Virus record (IMG/VR): IMGVR_UViG_3300006145_000002
Direction: 5' to 3' (one strand)
DNA: 20,000 nt
Origin: an uncultured virus (IMG/VR IMGVR_UViG_3300006145_000002)
Taxonomy: Duplodnaviria > Heunggongvirae > Uroviricota > Caudoviricetes
The translations under genes and the position numbers were made by a program. The notes beneath the pieces were generated by a model that made no database searches, had not been told where the DNA came from, and saw only the letters and a list, made by a program, of their open reading frames with translations. Below are positions 1 through 9,154 of this stretch, in pieces (within the stretch, counting starts at the first letter, position 1; each line of letters opens with the position of its first letter).

Positions 1-1
1 T

Positions 2-1873
2 TCTCATGATGTTGCCGAAGCACATAAGTCAATGCTGGTATATCAGCATGATCTTGAAAAGGCTATTTACGGTATTCATAACTGTCTTAATCTCAATTTC
101 CAAGAGATTTTTAACTATGGTTTCCGTACACGTAATGGTGATGTAAGACCGCCTTCCTCTTTTAGTACAGCTTGTCAGTTGGTTGCGGTTGCTTTTCAGT
201 GTCAAAGTCAAGTGCAGTTTGGCGGTGTCGGTAGCATTCATCTGGACTATGATCTTGCTCCGTTTGTTACTAAGAGTTTCGTAAAGAAATATATCTTTGC
301 ACTGATTAAAGCCAGTGACGAGTTCTCTGATACAGATTTTGTAAATCTGAATGAGGAACAGTTGGATGCTTTTATTGATGAAATGACACCTATTATGCTG
401 GAGCGTAATAGTCTGTCCAGAGAAGATATTTTCCTTGATAATAAAGCCAATCTCGACAAGAGAATGTATAATCAAGCCTATTTTGACTTGATGTGTGAAG
501 GTAAACAAGCGGCTCAAGGTCTGTATCATAATCTTAATACACTTGAATCTCGACAGGGTTCACAAGTTCCATTTACAAGTATCAATCTCGGTAGAGATAC
601 CAGTACAGAAGGTAGACTTGTTACAAAGTGGATTATGGAGGCCAGCATTGACGGTATTGGGCAACATCATCTTACAAGTATTTTCCCCATTAGCATTTTC
701 CAGTATAAGGTAGGGGTTAATGCAAATCCGTCCGATCCCAACTATGATTTGAAGCAATATGCTCTTAGGTCGATGAGTAAGCGTATTTATCCTAATTGGT
801 GCAATGGAAATTGGTCACAGGCACACGAAGATGAAAATAATCCAGATACGTTCTTTGCGACTATGGGATGCCGAACCTTAATTGGATATGACCGTCATGG
901 GCTTGGATATATTCGACAGGGACGTGGTAACAATGTTCCCAATACAATTATCCTTCCGAAGCTGGGTATCGAATTTGGTATTTGTCTTGGTAGGCGTGAT
1001 AAACCTGATCTGGATGGATTCTGGAAGGCTTTTGAGGAAACTTTGCAGTTGACAGAGCGTGGGCTTCTGGAGCGATTTGAAATCATGGTACGGCAATCTC
1101 CTAAGTCAGCACCATTCATGTATCAAAACAATACTATTCAGGATGCAAGAAACTGTGAAGAGAATGTGTTTAATGCGCTGAAACATAATACATTGGCGAT
1201 TGGCTATCTTGGTATTGCCGAAATGTGTCAGGCCCTTTTTGGTAAGAATCATGTTCATGATGAAAATGTTCATGCCTTTGCTTTGTCTGTTGTCAAGCGC
1301 ATTAATGAGTATGCTGCTGAAGCGTCCGAACGTAACAATTTGAATTTCTCTTGCTATGCCACTCCAGCAGAAGGACTTTGCCGTACCGCATTGATGGGGC
1401 TTCGTGAGCAGTATGGTGTTATTGAAAACGTTACCTCCCATGAGTATTTGACAAATTCACATCATGTTCCTGTTTGGGAAAAGGTTTCTATTCAGGATAA
1501 GTTACGGTGTGAGGCTCCTTTCTGTAAATACCCTACTGGCGGTTGTATTACATACGTTGAACTTGATAGCACATTTGTAAAGAATACTAAGGCAGTAGAG
1601 GACATTATTGATTATGCCTTTAAGGATTTGGATATTCCATATCTGGCATTTAACTTCCCGATTGATAGCTGCTTAGATTGTGGGTATCAGGGTGAATTTA
1701 ATGATGCCTGTCCTCAGTGTGGAAGTCAGAACATCCAGCAGCTTCGCCGTGTGACTGGCTATCTGACAACAGACTATCGTAATTTTAACGATGGTAAGCA
1801 GCGGGAAGTGCTTGATCGTGAACAGCATAGTAAATATACTCCACAAATCAATCAAGGATCAGATGAGTCTTAA
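2..1873 (+). CDS. nrdD: Anaerobic (class III) ribonucleoside-triphosphate reductase, 5'-truncated by the window edge
   Basis: The frame is open from base 2 (SHDVAEAHKSMLVYQHDLE). Motifs include HNLNT..SR.G.Q.PF, MGCRT, YATPAEGLC, TNSHHVPV, a C-terminal CxxC...CxxC zinc site and the glycyl-radical loop RRVTGYL. Confidence 0.97.
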   Translation, partial: SHDVAEAHKSMLVYQHDLEKAIYGIHNCLNLNFQEIFNYGFRTRNGDVRPPSSFSTACQLVAVAFQCQSQVQFGGVGSIHLDYDLAPFVTKSFVKKYIFALIKASDEFSDTDFVNLNEEQLDAFIDEMTPIMLERNSLSREDIFLDNKANLDKRMYNQAYFDLMCEGKQAAQGLYHNLNTLESRQGSQVPFTSINLGRDTSTEGRLVTKWIMEASIDGIGQHHLTSIFPISIFQYKVGVNANPSDPNYDLKQYALRSMSKRIYPNWCNGNWSQAHEDENNPDTFFATMGCRTLIGYDRHGLGYIRQGRGNNVPNTIILPKLGIEFGICLGRRDKPDLDGFWKAFEETLQLTERGLLERFEIMVRQSPKSAPFMYQNNTIQDARNCEENVFNALKHNTLAIGYLGIAEMCQALFGKNHVHDENVHAFALSVVKRINEYAAEASERNNLNFSCYATPAEGLCRTALMGLREQYGVIENVTSHEYLTNSHHVPVWEKVSIQDKLRCEAPFCKYPTGGCITYVELDSTFVKNTKAVEDIIDYAFKDLDIPYLAFNFPIDSCLDCGYQGEFNDACPQCGSQNIQQLRRVTGYLTTDYRNFNDGKQREVLDREQHSKYTPQINQGSDES

Positions 1874-2399
1874 TTGGCGATACGCTGGTATTGAATATGA
1901 TGATATAGCAAATGGTATTGGCCTTGGGGCAGTTTTCTTCACACAGGGCTGTCCCCACCAATGCCCCGAATGCCATAATCCTCAAACGTGGAGTAGGGAT
2001 GGTGGAGAACAGTTTACGGATGCTGTATTAGATCAGCTTTTGCAATACTATTATGATATTCCATATGCCAGTAGATTAACCCTTTCAGGCGGCGATCCTT
2101 TAGCAAGTCCTGAATTAACCTATAGTATCATTTTCAAATTTAAAACTATTTTCCCACACAAAAAGGTTTGGTTATATACAGGTTATCTTTTTGAGGATTT
2201 TGCCTTTAATACTTCAGCAACAGAAATAGATTCTTTAATTCAAAAGATTATTCGGTTGTGCGATGTAGTTGTTGATGGCGAATTTGAAATTGATAAGCGT
2301 GACATAACTTTACAATTTATGGGTTCCAGTAATCAAAGGATTATTGATGTGCAGAAATCTTTAAAAGAAAAGCAAACGGTTCTATGGAAGGAGAATTGA
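1863..2399 (+). CDS. nrdG: Anaerobic RNR activating enzyme (radical SAM)
   Basis: DDIANGIG, QGCPHQCPECHN (CxxxCxxC), LSGGDPL, WLYTGY, VDGEF and GSSNQRII. Start moved to ATG 1863, overlapping the nrdD end. Confidence 0.95.
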   Translation: MSLNWRYAGIEYDDIANGIGLGAVFFTQGCPHQCPECHNPQTWSRDGGEQFTDAVLDQLLQYYYDIPYASRLTLSGGDPLASPELTYSIIFKFKTIFPHKKVWLYTGYLFEDFAFNTSATEIDSLIQKIIRLCDVVVDGEFEIDKRDITLQFMGSSNQRIIDVQKSLKEKQTVLWKEN

Positions 2400-2400
2400 T

Positions 2401-2565
2401 ATGATGTTGAAAGATTTGCATTCTAAACCATTGTCAGAAATTATTGAACAAATGGATATGGTTGATTTAAAAGTACATTCCGACAACAACGGTGTAATCA
2501 ATAGCATCGAAATTAAGTATGCAGCACAGCAAAAGGTAGATAAAGAAACTACTTGGAGGAAATAA
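2401..2565 (+). CDS. Small hypothetical protein, 54 aa (not in ORF track)
   Basis: AAGGAG RBS before ATG 2401. Translates as MMLKDLHSKPLSEIIEQMDMVDLKVHSDNNGVINSIEIKYAAQQKVDKETTWRK. Its TAA overlaps the next ATG (TAATG). Confidence 0.75.
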   Translation: MMLKDLHSKPLSEIIEQMDMVDLKVHSDNNGVINSIEIKYAAQQKVDKETTWRK

Positions 2566-3651
2566 TGAGAGTAGCTATTATTGATGCAGACTTAATAGGA
2601 CGCAAAAAGCATAGATTTCCAAATCTTGCTTGTATGAAACTTTCTGCATACCATAAAATCGGGGGGGGCAGACGTTTTTCTAAAAACAGATTATGACAAT
2701 CTTGAATCATTTGACAAAGTTTTCATTTCTAAAGTTTTTACTGATACACCTATTGATGATAAAATCTTACATCTTGAAAATGTTCAATATGGTGGAACAG
2801 GATTCTTTTATGACTTGGCTCCAAAACTTCTTGATGAGATTGAGCATATATTCCCTGATTATCATTTATATGATGATTGGGTAAACAAGCAAATTGAAAA
2901 CGGTATAAAGCCAATAAAGTTGAAGTATTATACAGACTATTCTATAGGTTTTATGACCAGAGGATGCTTTAGGCAATGCCAGTTCTGTGTAAATCGAAAT
3001 TATAAAAAAGTATCTGTACATAGTCCACTTATAGAATTTTATGATCCAACAAGACCAAAAATTTGTTTGCTTGATGATAATTTCCTTGGGTTTTCATGTT
3101 GGAAAGAATTGCTTTTAGAATTACAGTCTACTAACAAACCATTTCAATTTGATCAAGGATTAGATGAAAGGCTTTTAACACAAGAGAAATGCGAAGTACT
3201 TTTCAAGAGCAAATACGATGGTGATTATAAATTTGCCTTTGATAATGTTGCAGATGCAGAAGTAATTGAAAGAAAGCTAAAATTAATTAGAGAATATACA
3301 AACAAAAGTATAAAATTCTATGTGTTTTGCGGCTTTGATCGTAATGATATTTGGGATGATTCTTTTTGGAGACAGGATATATTAGATATAATGACTCGTA
3401 TTGAAATTTTGATGAAATATCATGCGTTGCCATATATCATGCGTTTTATAAAATACAAAGAAAGTCCATATGAAAAATTGTATACTGAAATCGCTCGTTG
3501 GTGCAATCAGCCAGCATTTATCAAAAAGAAAAGTTTTCATGAATTTGCTCAAATACGTGAAGGAAGTATTAATTGGCGAACAATGCTAAAAGCTGAATCT
3601 GAAATTGAAGGACTTACAAAATATTTTGAAATGAAATGGGAGGGTAACTAA
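2565..3651 (+). pseudogene. Phage radical SAM protein frameshifted at a G8 tract (2661-2668); ~361 aa if the tract is G7
   Basis: GGAGG RBS and ATG 2565 give MRVAIIDADLIGRKKHRFPNLACMKLSAYHKIGG. The +1 frame continues ADVFLKTDYDNLESFDKVFISKVFT...YGGTG directly into ORF 2815..3651, which has TRGCFRQCQFC (CxxxCxxC) and LLDDNF. Confidence 0.85.
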
Positions 3652-4199
3652 TGCTTGTTGTAAATCTTTTTGGTGCGCCCGGAGCAGGGAAGTCTACTGG
3701 TGCAGCGTATATCTTTTCTCGCCTGAAACTTGCTGGCATTAATGCAGAACTGGTTACTGAATTTGCCAAGGATAAGGTATGGGAGGAAAGCAAGGCAGTA
3801 TTCCAAAATCAAGCATATATTTTCGGAAAGCAGTATTTCCGTATCAGTAGGGTACAGGACAAGGTAGATGTGGTTATTACCGATTCACCGATTTTGCTGT
3901 CGCCGTTCTATACCGATGACCCTGTGCTTGGCGATGAGTTTGATAAGCTGGTCACAAAGGTATTTAACTCTTATGATTCCTTTAACGCATTTATCAACCG
4001 TGTAAAGCCTTATAATGTTGCTGGCAGATTCCAGACAGAGCAGGAGAGTGATGAACTGGCTAAGAAGCTGCTGGCTTTCGTTACGGCACATGGCGTTACT
4101 TGTAGGTATTATGATGGTGATGTAAGGAGTTATGATGTACTTGTTGCTGATATTCTTGAAAGACTTAGATGCCCCGGAAGGAGTTTCGGGACTGTTTAA
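3651..4199 (+). CDS. P-loop NTPase / nucleotide kinase-like protein (NadR/AAA_28-like)
   Basis: N-terminal Walker A GAPGAGKST, ELVTEFAK, VVITDSP and GRFQTE. TAATG-coupled to the previous gene. Confidence 0.8.
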   Translation: MLVVNLFGAPGAGKSTGAAYIFSRLKLAGINAELVTEFAKDKVWEESKAVFQNQAYIFGKQYFRISRVQDKVDVVITDSPILLSPFYTDDPVLGDEFDKLVTKVFNSYDSFNAFINRVKPYNVAGRFQTEQESDELAKKLLAFVTAHGVTCRYYDGDVRSYDVLVADILERLRCPGRSFGTV

Positions 4200-4236
4200 C
4201 ATTCAAATAACGATTTAATCAATAAAAGGAGTTGCT

Positions 4237-4449
4237 ATGAGAACAAATAAAAAGAACCCGTGTGAAGGTTGCCACTACTGGAGATACTTGTATCCTTGTA
4301 ATGCTTGTCACTATATGTATGTTACTGGACATAGCCGTGGTTGTGAAGCTGGGGCAAATTGTACTCGTAGAAAACCAATGAATAAAGAAGAAATGAAAAA
4401 AGAAATTCCAGCACTTTTGAAGATGGGAGATTACGATGGAATTTATTGA
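4237..4449 (+). CDS. Cys-rich small hypothetical protein
   Basis: AAGGAG RBS, CxxC...CxxC...C...C pattern, overlaps the folD start. Confidence 0.6.
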   Translation: MRTNKKNPCEGCHYWRYLYPCNACHYMYVTGHSRGCEAGANCTRRKPMNKEEMKKEIPALLKMGDYDGIY

Positions 4450-5257
4450 TTGTAAAGCAATAGCAGACAAATGGAAAGGCGAAATAAGAGCCACTGGTGT
4501 AAATGCTTGTTTGTATGTAATTTCGGCTGGTGATGATCCTGCGTCAGCCGTATACATCAAAGGCAAATTAAAAGATGCTGAAGATATTGGATTCAAATGC
4601 GTACATAAACATATCGAGGCAAATAATCGAGATCAGCTTCTTATGAAACTAATTCATTTACTTGATGAATTACGGTACAGTATGAGCGTTGATGGTGTCA
4701 TTGTTCAACTGCCATTACCATTTAATATAACATTCAATGATATTAAATCTTATCTTGCTGAAGAAAAAGATGTAGATGGTTTCTTGGCAGATTCTCCGTT
4801 TGATCCATGCACACCAGATGGGATAGTACAAATGCTGAAAGAAATCAATGTTGATATTGATGGCAAACTTTGTGTTATTGCTGGTAGGAGTAGTATTGTA
4901 GGCAAGCCATTGGCAGAGATGATGACACGTGAAAATGCAACAGTGGTTCTTTGTCATTCTCATACTCCAGCAGCCCTTTTGGATCAACTTGCACATGATG
5001 CAGATATTTTCGTAAGTGCTGTTGGTCAGAAAGACTTTATTGACAGCAGCAAATTTAAGGATGGGGCAGTTGTAATTGATGTTGGTATCAATCGAACTGA
5101 GCAGGGGATTTGTGGCGACATAACTATCAATCCAAATTCCAATAACATTCTTATTACACCAGTCCCCGGAGGGGTTGGCCTACTGACACGTGCAATGCTT
5201 ATGAAACATTTGTTGGTGGCCTATCAAAAATATCATATTTGGAGGCAGACACGATGA
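4436..5257 (+). CDS. folD: Bifunctional methylenetetrahydrofolate dehydrogenase/cyclohydrolase
   Basis: GDDPAS.VYIKGK (YxxxK), GVIVQLPLP, KDVDG, PCTP, GRSSIVGKP, VIDVGIN and TPVPGGVG. Confidence 0.96.
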   Translation: MEFIDCKAIADKWKGEIRATGVNACLYVISAGDDPASAVYIKGKLKDAEDIGFKCVHKHIEANNRDQLLMKLIHLLDELRYSMSVDGVIVQLPLPFNITFNDIKSYLAEEKDVDGFLADSPFDPCTPDGIVQMLKEINVDIDGKLCVIAGRSSIVGKPLAEMMTRENATVVLCHSHTPAALLDQLAHDADIFVSAVGQKDFIDSSKFKDGAVVIDVGINRTEQGICGDITINPNSNNILITPVPGGVGLLTRAMLMKHLLVAYQKYHIWRQTR

Positions 5258-5763
5258 ATAAATTTGAACTTATTTCTAAGACAGAATATGACAAAGTAGT
5301 TGCTGAAGAATTTAATGCCAAAAACGGTGTGCTTGGATTTCAGTCCTATGACCAGCTTCAGGTTCCTAAGAGGGCTACAAAGGGGAGTGCTGGATATGAT
5401 TTTATTTCCCCTATCTCATTCAAGCTGAAGCCGGGGCAGACAATTAAAGTTCCCACCTGTGTAAAGTGCTGCCTTAGTCTTGGTAATGTCCTTATGCTGT
5501 TTCCCCGTAGCAGCTATGGATTCAAGTACAGGATGCAGCTTGACAACACTGTTGGCATTGTGGATCAGGACTACTACAACAATGAGAGTAATGAAGGGCA
5601 TATCTTCATTAAAGTCACCAATGATAGTAAGTCTTGCAAGACATTGGAGGTTAAGGCAGGGGACGCTTTTGCTCAAGGAATTATCATGGCACACACAATT
5701 ACAGATGATGATAATGTAGTTGCTACACGCACTGGCGGCATTGGAAGTACATCAAATAACTAA
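5254..5763 (+). CDS. dut: Trimeric dUTPase
   Basis: RATKGSAGYD, PRSS, NTVGIVDQDYY, AQGI and RTGGIGST. Start at ATG 5254 behind GGAGG. Confidence 0.95.
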   Translation: MNKFELISKTEYDKVVAEEFNAKNGVLGFQSYDQLQVPKRATKGSAGYDFISPISFKLKPGQTIKVPTCVKCCLSLGNVLMLFPRSSYGFKYRMQLDNTVGIVDQDYYNNESNEGHIFIKVTNDSKSCKTLEVKAGDAFAQGIIMAHTITDDDNVVATRTGGIGSTSNN

Positions 5764-5774
5764 TTGAGGTTTTT

Positions 5775-6029
5775 ATGAAATTTATCAAGAATTTACCGTG
5801 GGGCGCAATTACAGCTTTCATAATTGTTCCCGTCATTGGAATTTGCTTGATATGTTGGCATACGGCATGGGAACATGACTATTTTGGTGATGGCTCATGC
5901 CATGCTTGCCAAACTGGGCATTATGAACTGTTTGATATTGAGCATACAAGAAACGGTTGCGATTTTTATTATTATCGTTGTAATGAATGCCATGATATTG
6001 AAAGATATGAAAGCTATCAGGGAGGATGA
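5775..6029 (+). CDS. Hypothetical protein with an N-terminal TM helix and a CxxC...CxxC zinc-ribbon-like motif
   Basis: GAGG RBS, hydrophobic N-terminus, CHAC and CNEC. Confidence 0.65.
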   Translation: MKFIKNLPWGAITAFIIVPVIGICLICWHTAWEHDYFGDGSCHACQTGHYELFDIEHTRNGCDFYYYRCNECHDIERYESYQGG

Positions 6030-6032
6030 CAG

Positions 6033-6341
6033 ATGACAAAAGGATCTTTTATCTACATAACCGAACTATATTCATCCAACTGCTTATTTGAAGCGATTAA
6101 GGCCAAAATAAAAAATCCATCCAGTGTTACTATTTATTTTTGCAAACCAAGAATTACAGAAAACGGTAATTTCCAATGGTTACATTTTATGTGGGCAGAT
6201 CAAAACTACAGTTACGATTTTTCAGATAATGAAGAAACTGAATTGCCGTGGTATCGTACATTCTGGTACAAAGGACGTATTAGGCAATTCAAAAAATGTT
6301 TTGCAAAACGATACTCTGATTATCGAAACAAAAGGAGATAA
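6033..6341 (+). CDS. Hypothetical phage protein
   Basis: GGAGG RBS and tight operon packing. Confidence 0.65.
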   Translation: MTKGSFIYITELYSSNCLFEAIKAKIKNPSSVTIYFCKPRITENGNFQWLHFMWADQNYSYDFSDNEETELPWYRTFWYKGRIRQFKKCFAKRYSDYRNKRR

Positions 6342-6345
6342 CCAT

Positions 6346-6687
6346 ATGAAAATGAAACACAAATTTTATATATGGCTTTTCTGCATTGTAATCGTTATTA
6401 ATGTTTGTTGGCAATTACTTGAACTGTTAATTTATGGCGAAATTCAGCCAAGAATTGTTGATAACATTGTTGGTTTACTTTGGACTGAAGCAATCTGTTT
6501 TGCATATAAGTTCAAAGAACTTGAATTAAAGCGAATGCTGAAGAAATACAACAAAGTTCAAATTAATGCGACATGGTGGTTAAGAAAACCGATTCCTCCA
6601 GAAATGTATACTGGTTATGCAAGTGATCGTATTTGGTTGCAATCTGAATATGAACTTGGGAATAAAGGAGGATTTACCGAAACATGA
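6346..6687 (+). CDS. Hypothetical membrane protein (2 predicted TM segments)
   Basis: AAGGAG RBS before ATG 6346 (the ORF-track start at 6124 overlaps the upstream gene). Two hydrophobic segments. Confidence 0.65.
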   Translation: MKMKHKFYIWLFCIVIVINVCWQLLELLIYGEIQPRIVDNIVGLLWTEAICFAYKFKELELKRMLKKYNKVQINATWWLRKPIPPEMYTGYASDRIWLQSEYELGNKGGFTET

Positions 6688-7184
6688 GTGATAATAAGAA
6701 TGGTTTGTGTGGTGTATATAAACCTACAGGTATTATTTCTGCATCATCAAATATAGTTGAAATTATTGGCGGTGCTGGCCTTGAATTTGCATTCAAAGAC
6801 TTAAACATGGATGCTAAATGTACATATAAAAGTGAACAACTTCCATTTCATGTAGAAGTATGGGAAGTTTCAGCCAATGATTTTAAAACGCTTTGTGATT
6901 ATCCCGATGAAGAATGGAAAGACGTATGGGGTTGGTGGCGGCAAGGTCATTGTGTATATCATGGCAATATTTATAACGACTATATTGTAAATGGTAAAAT
7001 GATGTATGGATATGAACCAGCAGAATGTGAAGATTATGAGCAGCAACCATATGACAGTTTTTATAATTATTTTCGTCATGTTCACAATTTAAGTACATTC
7101 TATAATTTCTGCTATTTTGCAATTAGCCTCGCCGATGATAACAGGATGAAAGTTTCTGAATTTCTCAAAGAATATCAACCTTGA
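6684..7184 (+). CDS. Hypothetical phage protein
   Basis: AAGGAGG RBS and ATGA overlap with the previous stop. Confidence 0.7.
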   Translation: MSDNKNGLCGVYKPTGIISASSNIVEIIGGAGLEFAFKDLNMDAKCTYKSEQLPFHVEVWEVSANDFKTLCDYPDEEWKDVWGWWRQGHCVYHGNIYNDYIVNGKMMYGYEPAECEDYEQQPYDSFYNYFRHVHNLSTFYNFCYFAISLADDNRMKVSEFLKEYQP

Positions 7185-7196
7185 TTGGAGGTGTAA

Positions 7197-7412
7197 ATGG
7201 AAACGAATGAATTTGTTGCAAAAATTCCATTTTGGGAAAAATATACTTTGTCAATAGAAGAAGCCGCTCAATATTTCAGAATCGGAAGAGACAAATTGAA
7301 AAAGATTATTAGCGAGAATCCAGACGCAGACTTTATTTTATGGAATGGAACTCGTTCACAAATCAAACGTAAGAAATTTGAAAACTACATTGATAAGCTA
7401 AATGTAATTTAA
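7197..7412 (+). CDS. xis: Excisionase, Tn916 Xis-like
   Basis: IPFWEKYTLSIEEAAQYFRIGRDKL winged-helix signature, directly upstream of the integrase. Confidence 0.9.
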   Translation: METNEFVAKIPFWEKYTLSIEEAAQYFRIGRDKLKKIISENPDADFILWNGTRSQIKRKKFENYIDKLNVI

Positions 7413-7415
7413 GAG

Positions 7416-7459
7416 TTGCTTCAGGACTTCCGATGTGGTATAATTAAGCATCGGAAGTC
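7416..7459 (+). promoter_or_regulatory. Sigma-A promoter for the integrase with an overlapping 11-bp inverted repeat
   Basis: TTGCTT (7416-7421), 17-bp spacer, TATAAT (7439-7444) with an extended TG. GACTTCCGATG (7425-7435) and CATCGGAAGTC (7449-7459) flank the -10. Confidence 0.8.
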
Positions 7460-7491
7460 TTTCGCATTTTGGAAATAGAAAGGAGTGTAAA

Positions 7492-8763
7492 ATGTCCGAA
7501 AAGCGAAAAGACAACAAAGGCCGAATTTTGCGAAACGGCGAAACACAACGCTCCGATGGAATGTATATGTATCGCTATAATGACGCTGGTGGTGTACGGC
7601 GAACAATTTATAGCTGGCGACTTGTTGAGACAGATAAAATTCCTCCACGCAAAAAATCATGTGAACCATTAAGAGAACTTGAAAAGCAATTAGAACGTGA
7701 CACAGACGATGGTATACAATCTTTCGTTGCTGCAAAGAAAACTGTAAATGACTTTTATGAAAAGTATATGGGCATGAAGAAAGAATTAAAACCGTCAACA
7801 CGATCTACCTATGCCAGTACGTACAACAAATATGTGAAAGATAAATTAGGCATAAGAACTATTGGATCAGTCAAATACAGTGATATTAAGAAATTCTATT
7901 TGTCAATGTACTATGATGATGACCTAAAGCCTAATACAATTCATGCCGTCAATACGATCCTGCATCCAATTTTTACTCTTGCTGTACGTGATGGCTATAT
8001 TAGATCAAACCCGGCCTACCAAGTATATGCTGAATTGAAAAAGCAAAATGCTTGGGGTCAAGAGAAACGTCATGCTCTTACAGAGCAACAACAATCAGCT
8101 TTTGTTGAATACATTCGCAATTCACCCAAGTATCGTAAATGGCTTAATATGTTTACTTTGTTCTTGGGTACTGGTTGCCGGGTAGGTGAAATCCTTGGTT
8201 TACGGTGGGAAGATTGTGACTTTACAGAAAACATCATTTCCATCAATCATAATCTGGTTTACTGCAAAGCTGATAACGACAAAAAGTTTAGGTATTACAT
8301 TTCCACACCTAAAACTAAAGCCGGGGAACGTGTCATTCCAATGTTAAAGGAAGTTCGCAGAGCATTGATGGAGGAACGGATTACTCAAATGCAAACTGGG
8401 TTTAACCAAACTGTTATTGATGGTTATTCTGGATTCATTTTTCAAAACAGAAATGGTGGTATGCGTAAGCCGACTGAAATCAACAAAGTCATCAACAGGA
8501 TCATCGCTGATTACAATGCTGAAGAAACCAATCAAGCCAAAAAAGAAAAGCGAGAACCTATTCTGCTCCCGCATTTTTCTGTCCATAATTTACGGCACAC
8601 TTTCTGTACCAGATTTTGTGAGAATGAAACTAACCTCAAGATCATTCAAGAAATCATGGGACACGCTAATATATCTACTACAATGGACATTTATAATGAA
8701 GCTACACAGGAGCAAAAGAAAGCCAGTTTTGCTAATCTGGAGGGCAAGATTATGATTGGTTAA
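7492..8763 (+). CDS. int: Tyrosine integrase, Tn916-family
   Basis: N-terminal arm-binding domain SEKRKDNKGRILRNGETQRSDG.Y.Y. Catalytic residues in TGCRVGE (R), TPKT (K), HNLRHT (HxxR) and MGH...TMDIY (H, Y). Confidence 0.96.
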   Translation: MSEKRKDNKGRILRNGETQRSDGMYMYRYNDAGGVRRTIYSWRLVETDKIPPRKKSCEPLRELEKQLERDTDDGIQSFVAAKKTVNDFYEKYMGMKKELKPSTRSTYASTYNKYVKDKLGIRTIGSVKYSDIKKFYLSMYYDDDLKPNTIHAVNTILHPIFTLAVRDGYIRSNPAYQVYAELKKQNAWGQEKRHALTEQQQSAFVEYIRNSPKYRKWLNMFTLFLGTGCRVGEILGLRWEDCDFTENIISINHNLVYCKADNDKKFRYYISTPKTKAGERVIPMLKEVRRALMEERITQMQTGFNQTVIDGYSGFIFQNRNGGMRKPTEINKVINRIIADYNAEETNQAKKEKREPILLPHFSVHNLRHTFCTRFCENETNLKIIQEIMGHANISTTMDIYNEATQEQKKASFANLEGKIMIG

Positions 8764-8776
8764 CACAGCAAAATCC

Positions 8777-9053
8777 TACACCAAATTATACACCAGTTCG
8801 TCAGATATATTTAGTTGCTTTTAGTAACTTTTAGGTAGAAGCAAAAAGAAAAGCTGCTGAATCAGCAACTTATAGCAACAAATAGTTAGATATAGGAAAA
8901 AGTTATTTAATCTGCTGGATAGAGGAACACTTTTTGGGAATGTGGTCAAAAAATGTATACAATGCAGCAGAACGAGCGAAAAGCGCAATAATATCGTCAA
9001 AAAGTTCAAATACTCTGCATCGTACTTTGAACTTTACACCAAGTTTACACCAA
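8777..9053. mobile_element. attP-like attachment region
   Basis: Non-coding region 3' of int, bracketed by tandem TACACCA(A) pairs at 8777/8789 and 9035/9046. Internal 10-bp-phased TTAG/ATAG motifs. Confidence 0.7.
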
Positions 9054-9098
9054 ATGAAAAAGACTTCCGATGTGGTTTTCAAATTTCTTACGAACCGT

Positions 9099-9146
9099 AA
9101 AAAATAGGGGTATAGGTGTTAAACCTATACCCCCTAAATTAATTTT
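9099..9146. terminator. Intrinsic terminator between the convergent arms, probably bidirectional
   Basis: GGGGTATAGGT (9107-9117) pairs with ACCTATACCCC (9123-9133). The A-run on the left gives a U-tract on the - strand. Confidence 0.85.
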
Positions 9147-9154
9147 ATCTACAC

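Noticed and set aside
270..500. Possible intein or intron in nrdD
   Set aside because: The acidic segment lacks intein splice motifs and endonuclease signatures, and the frame is continuous. It is probably a variable region.
7197..8763. Tn916-like conjugative transposon
   Set aside because: The xis/int pair is Tn916-type, but there are no conjugation genes and both flanks are phage genes.
8777..9076. Short repeats as a CRISPR array
   Set aside because: The repeats are 7-15 bp without regular unique spacers, and no cas genes are present. They fit recombination sites better.
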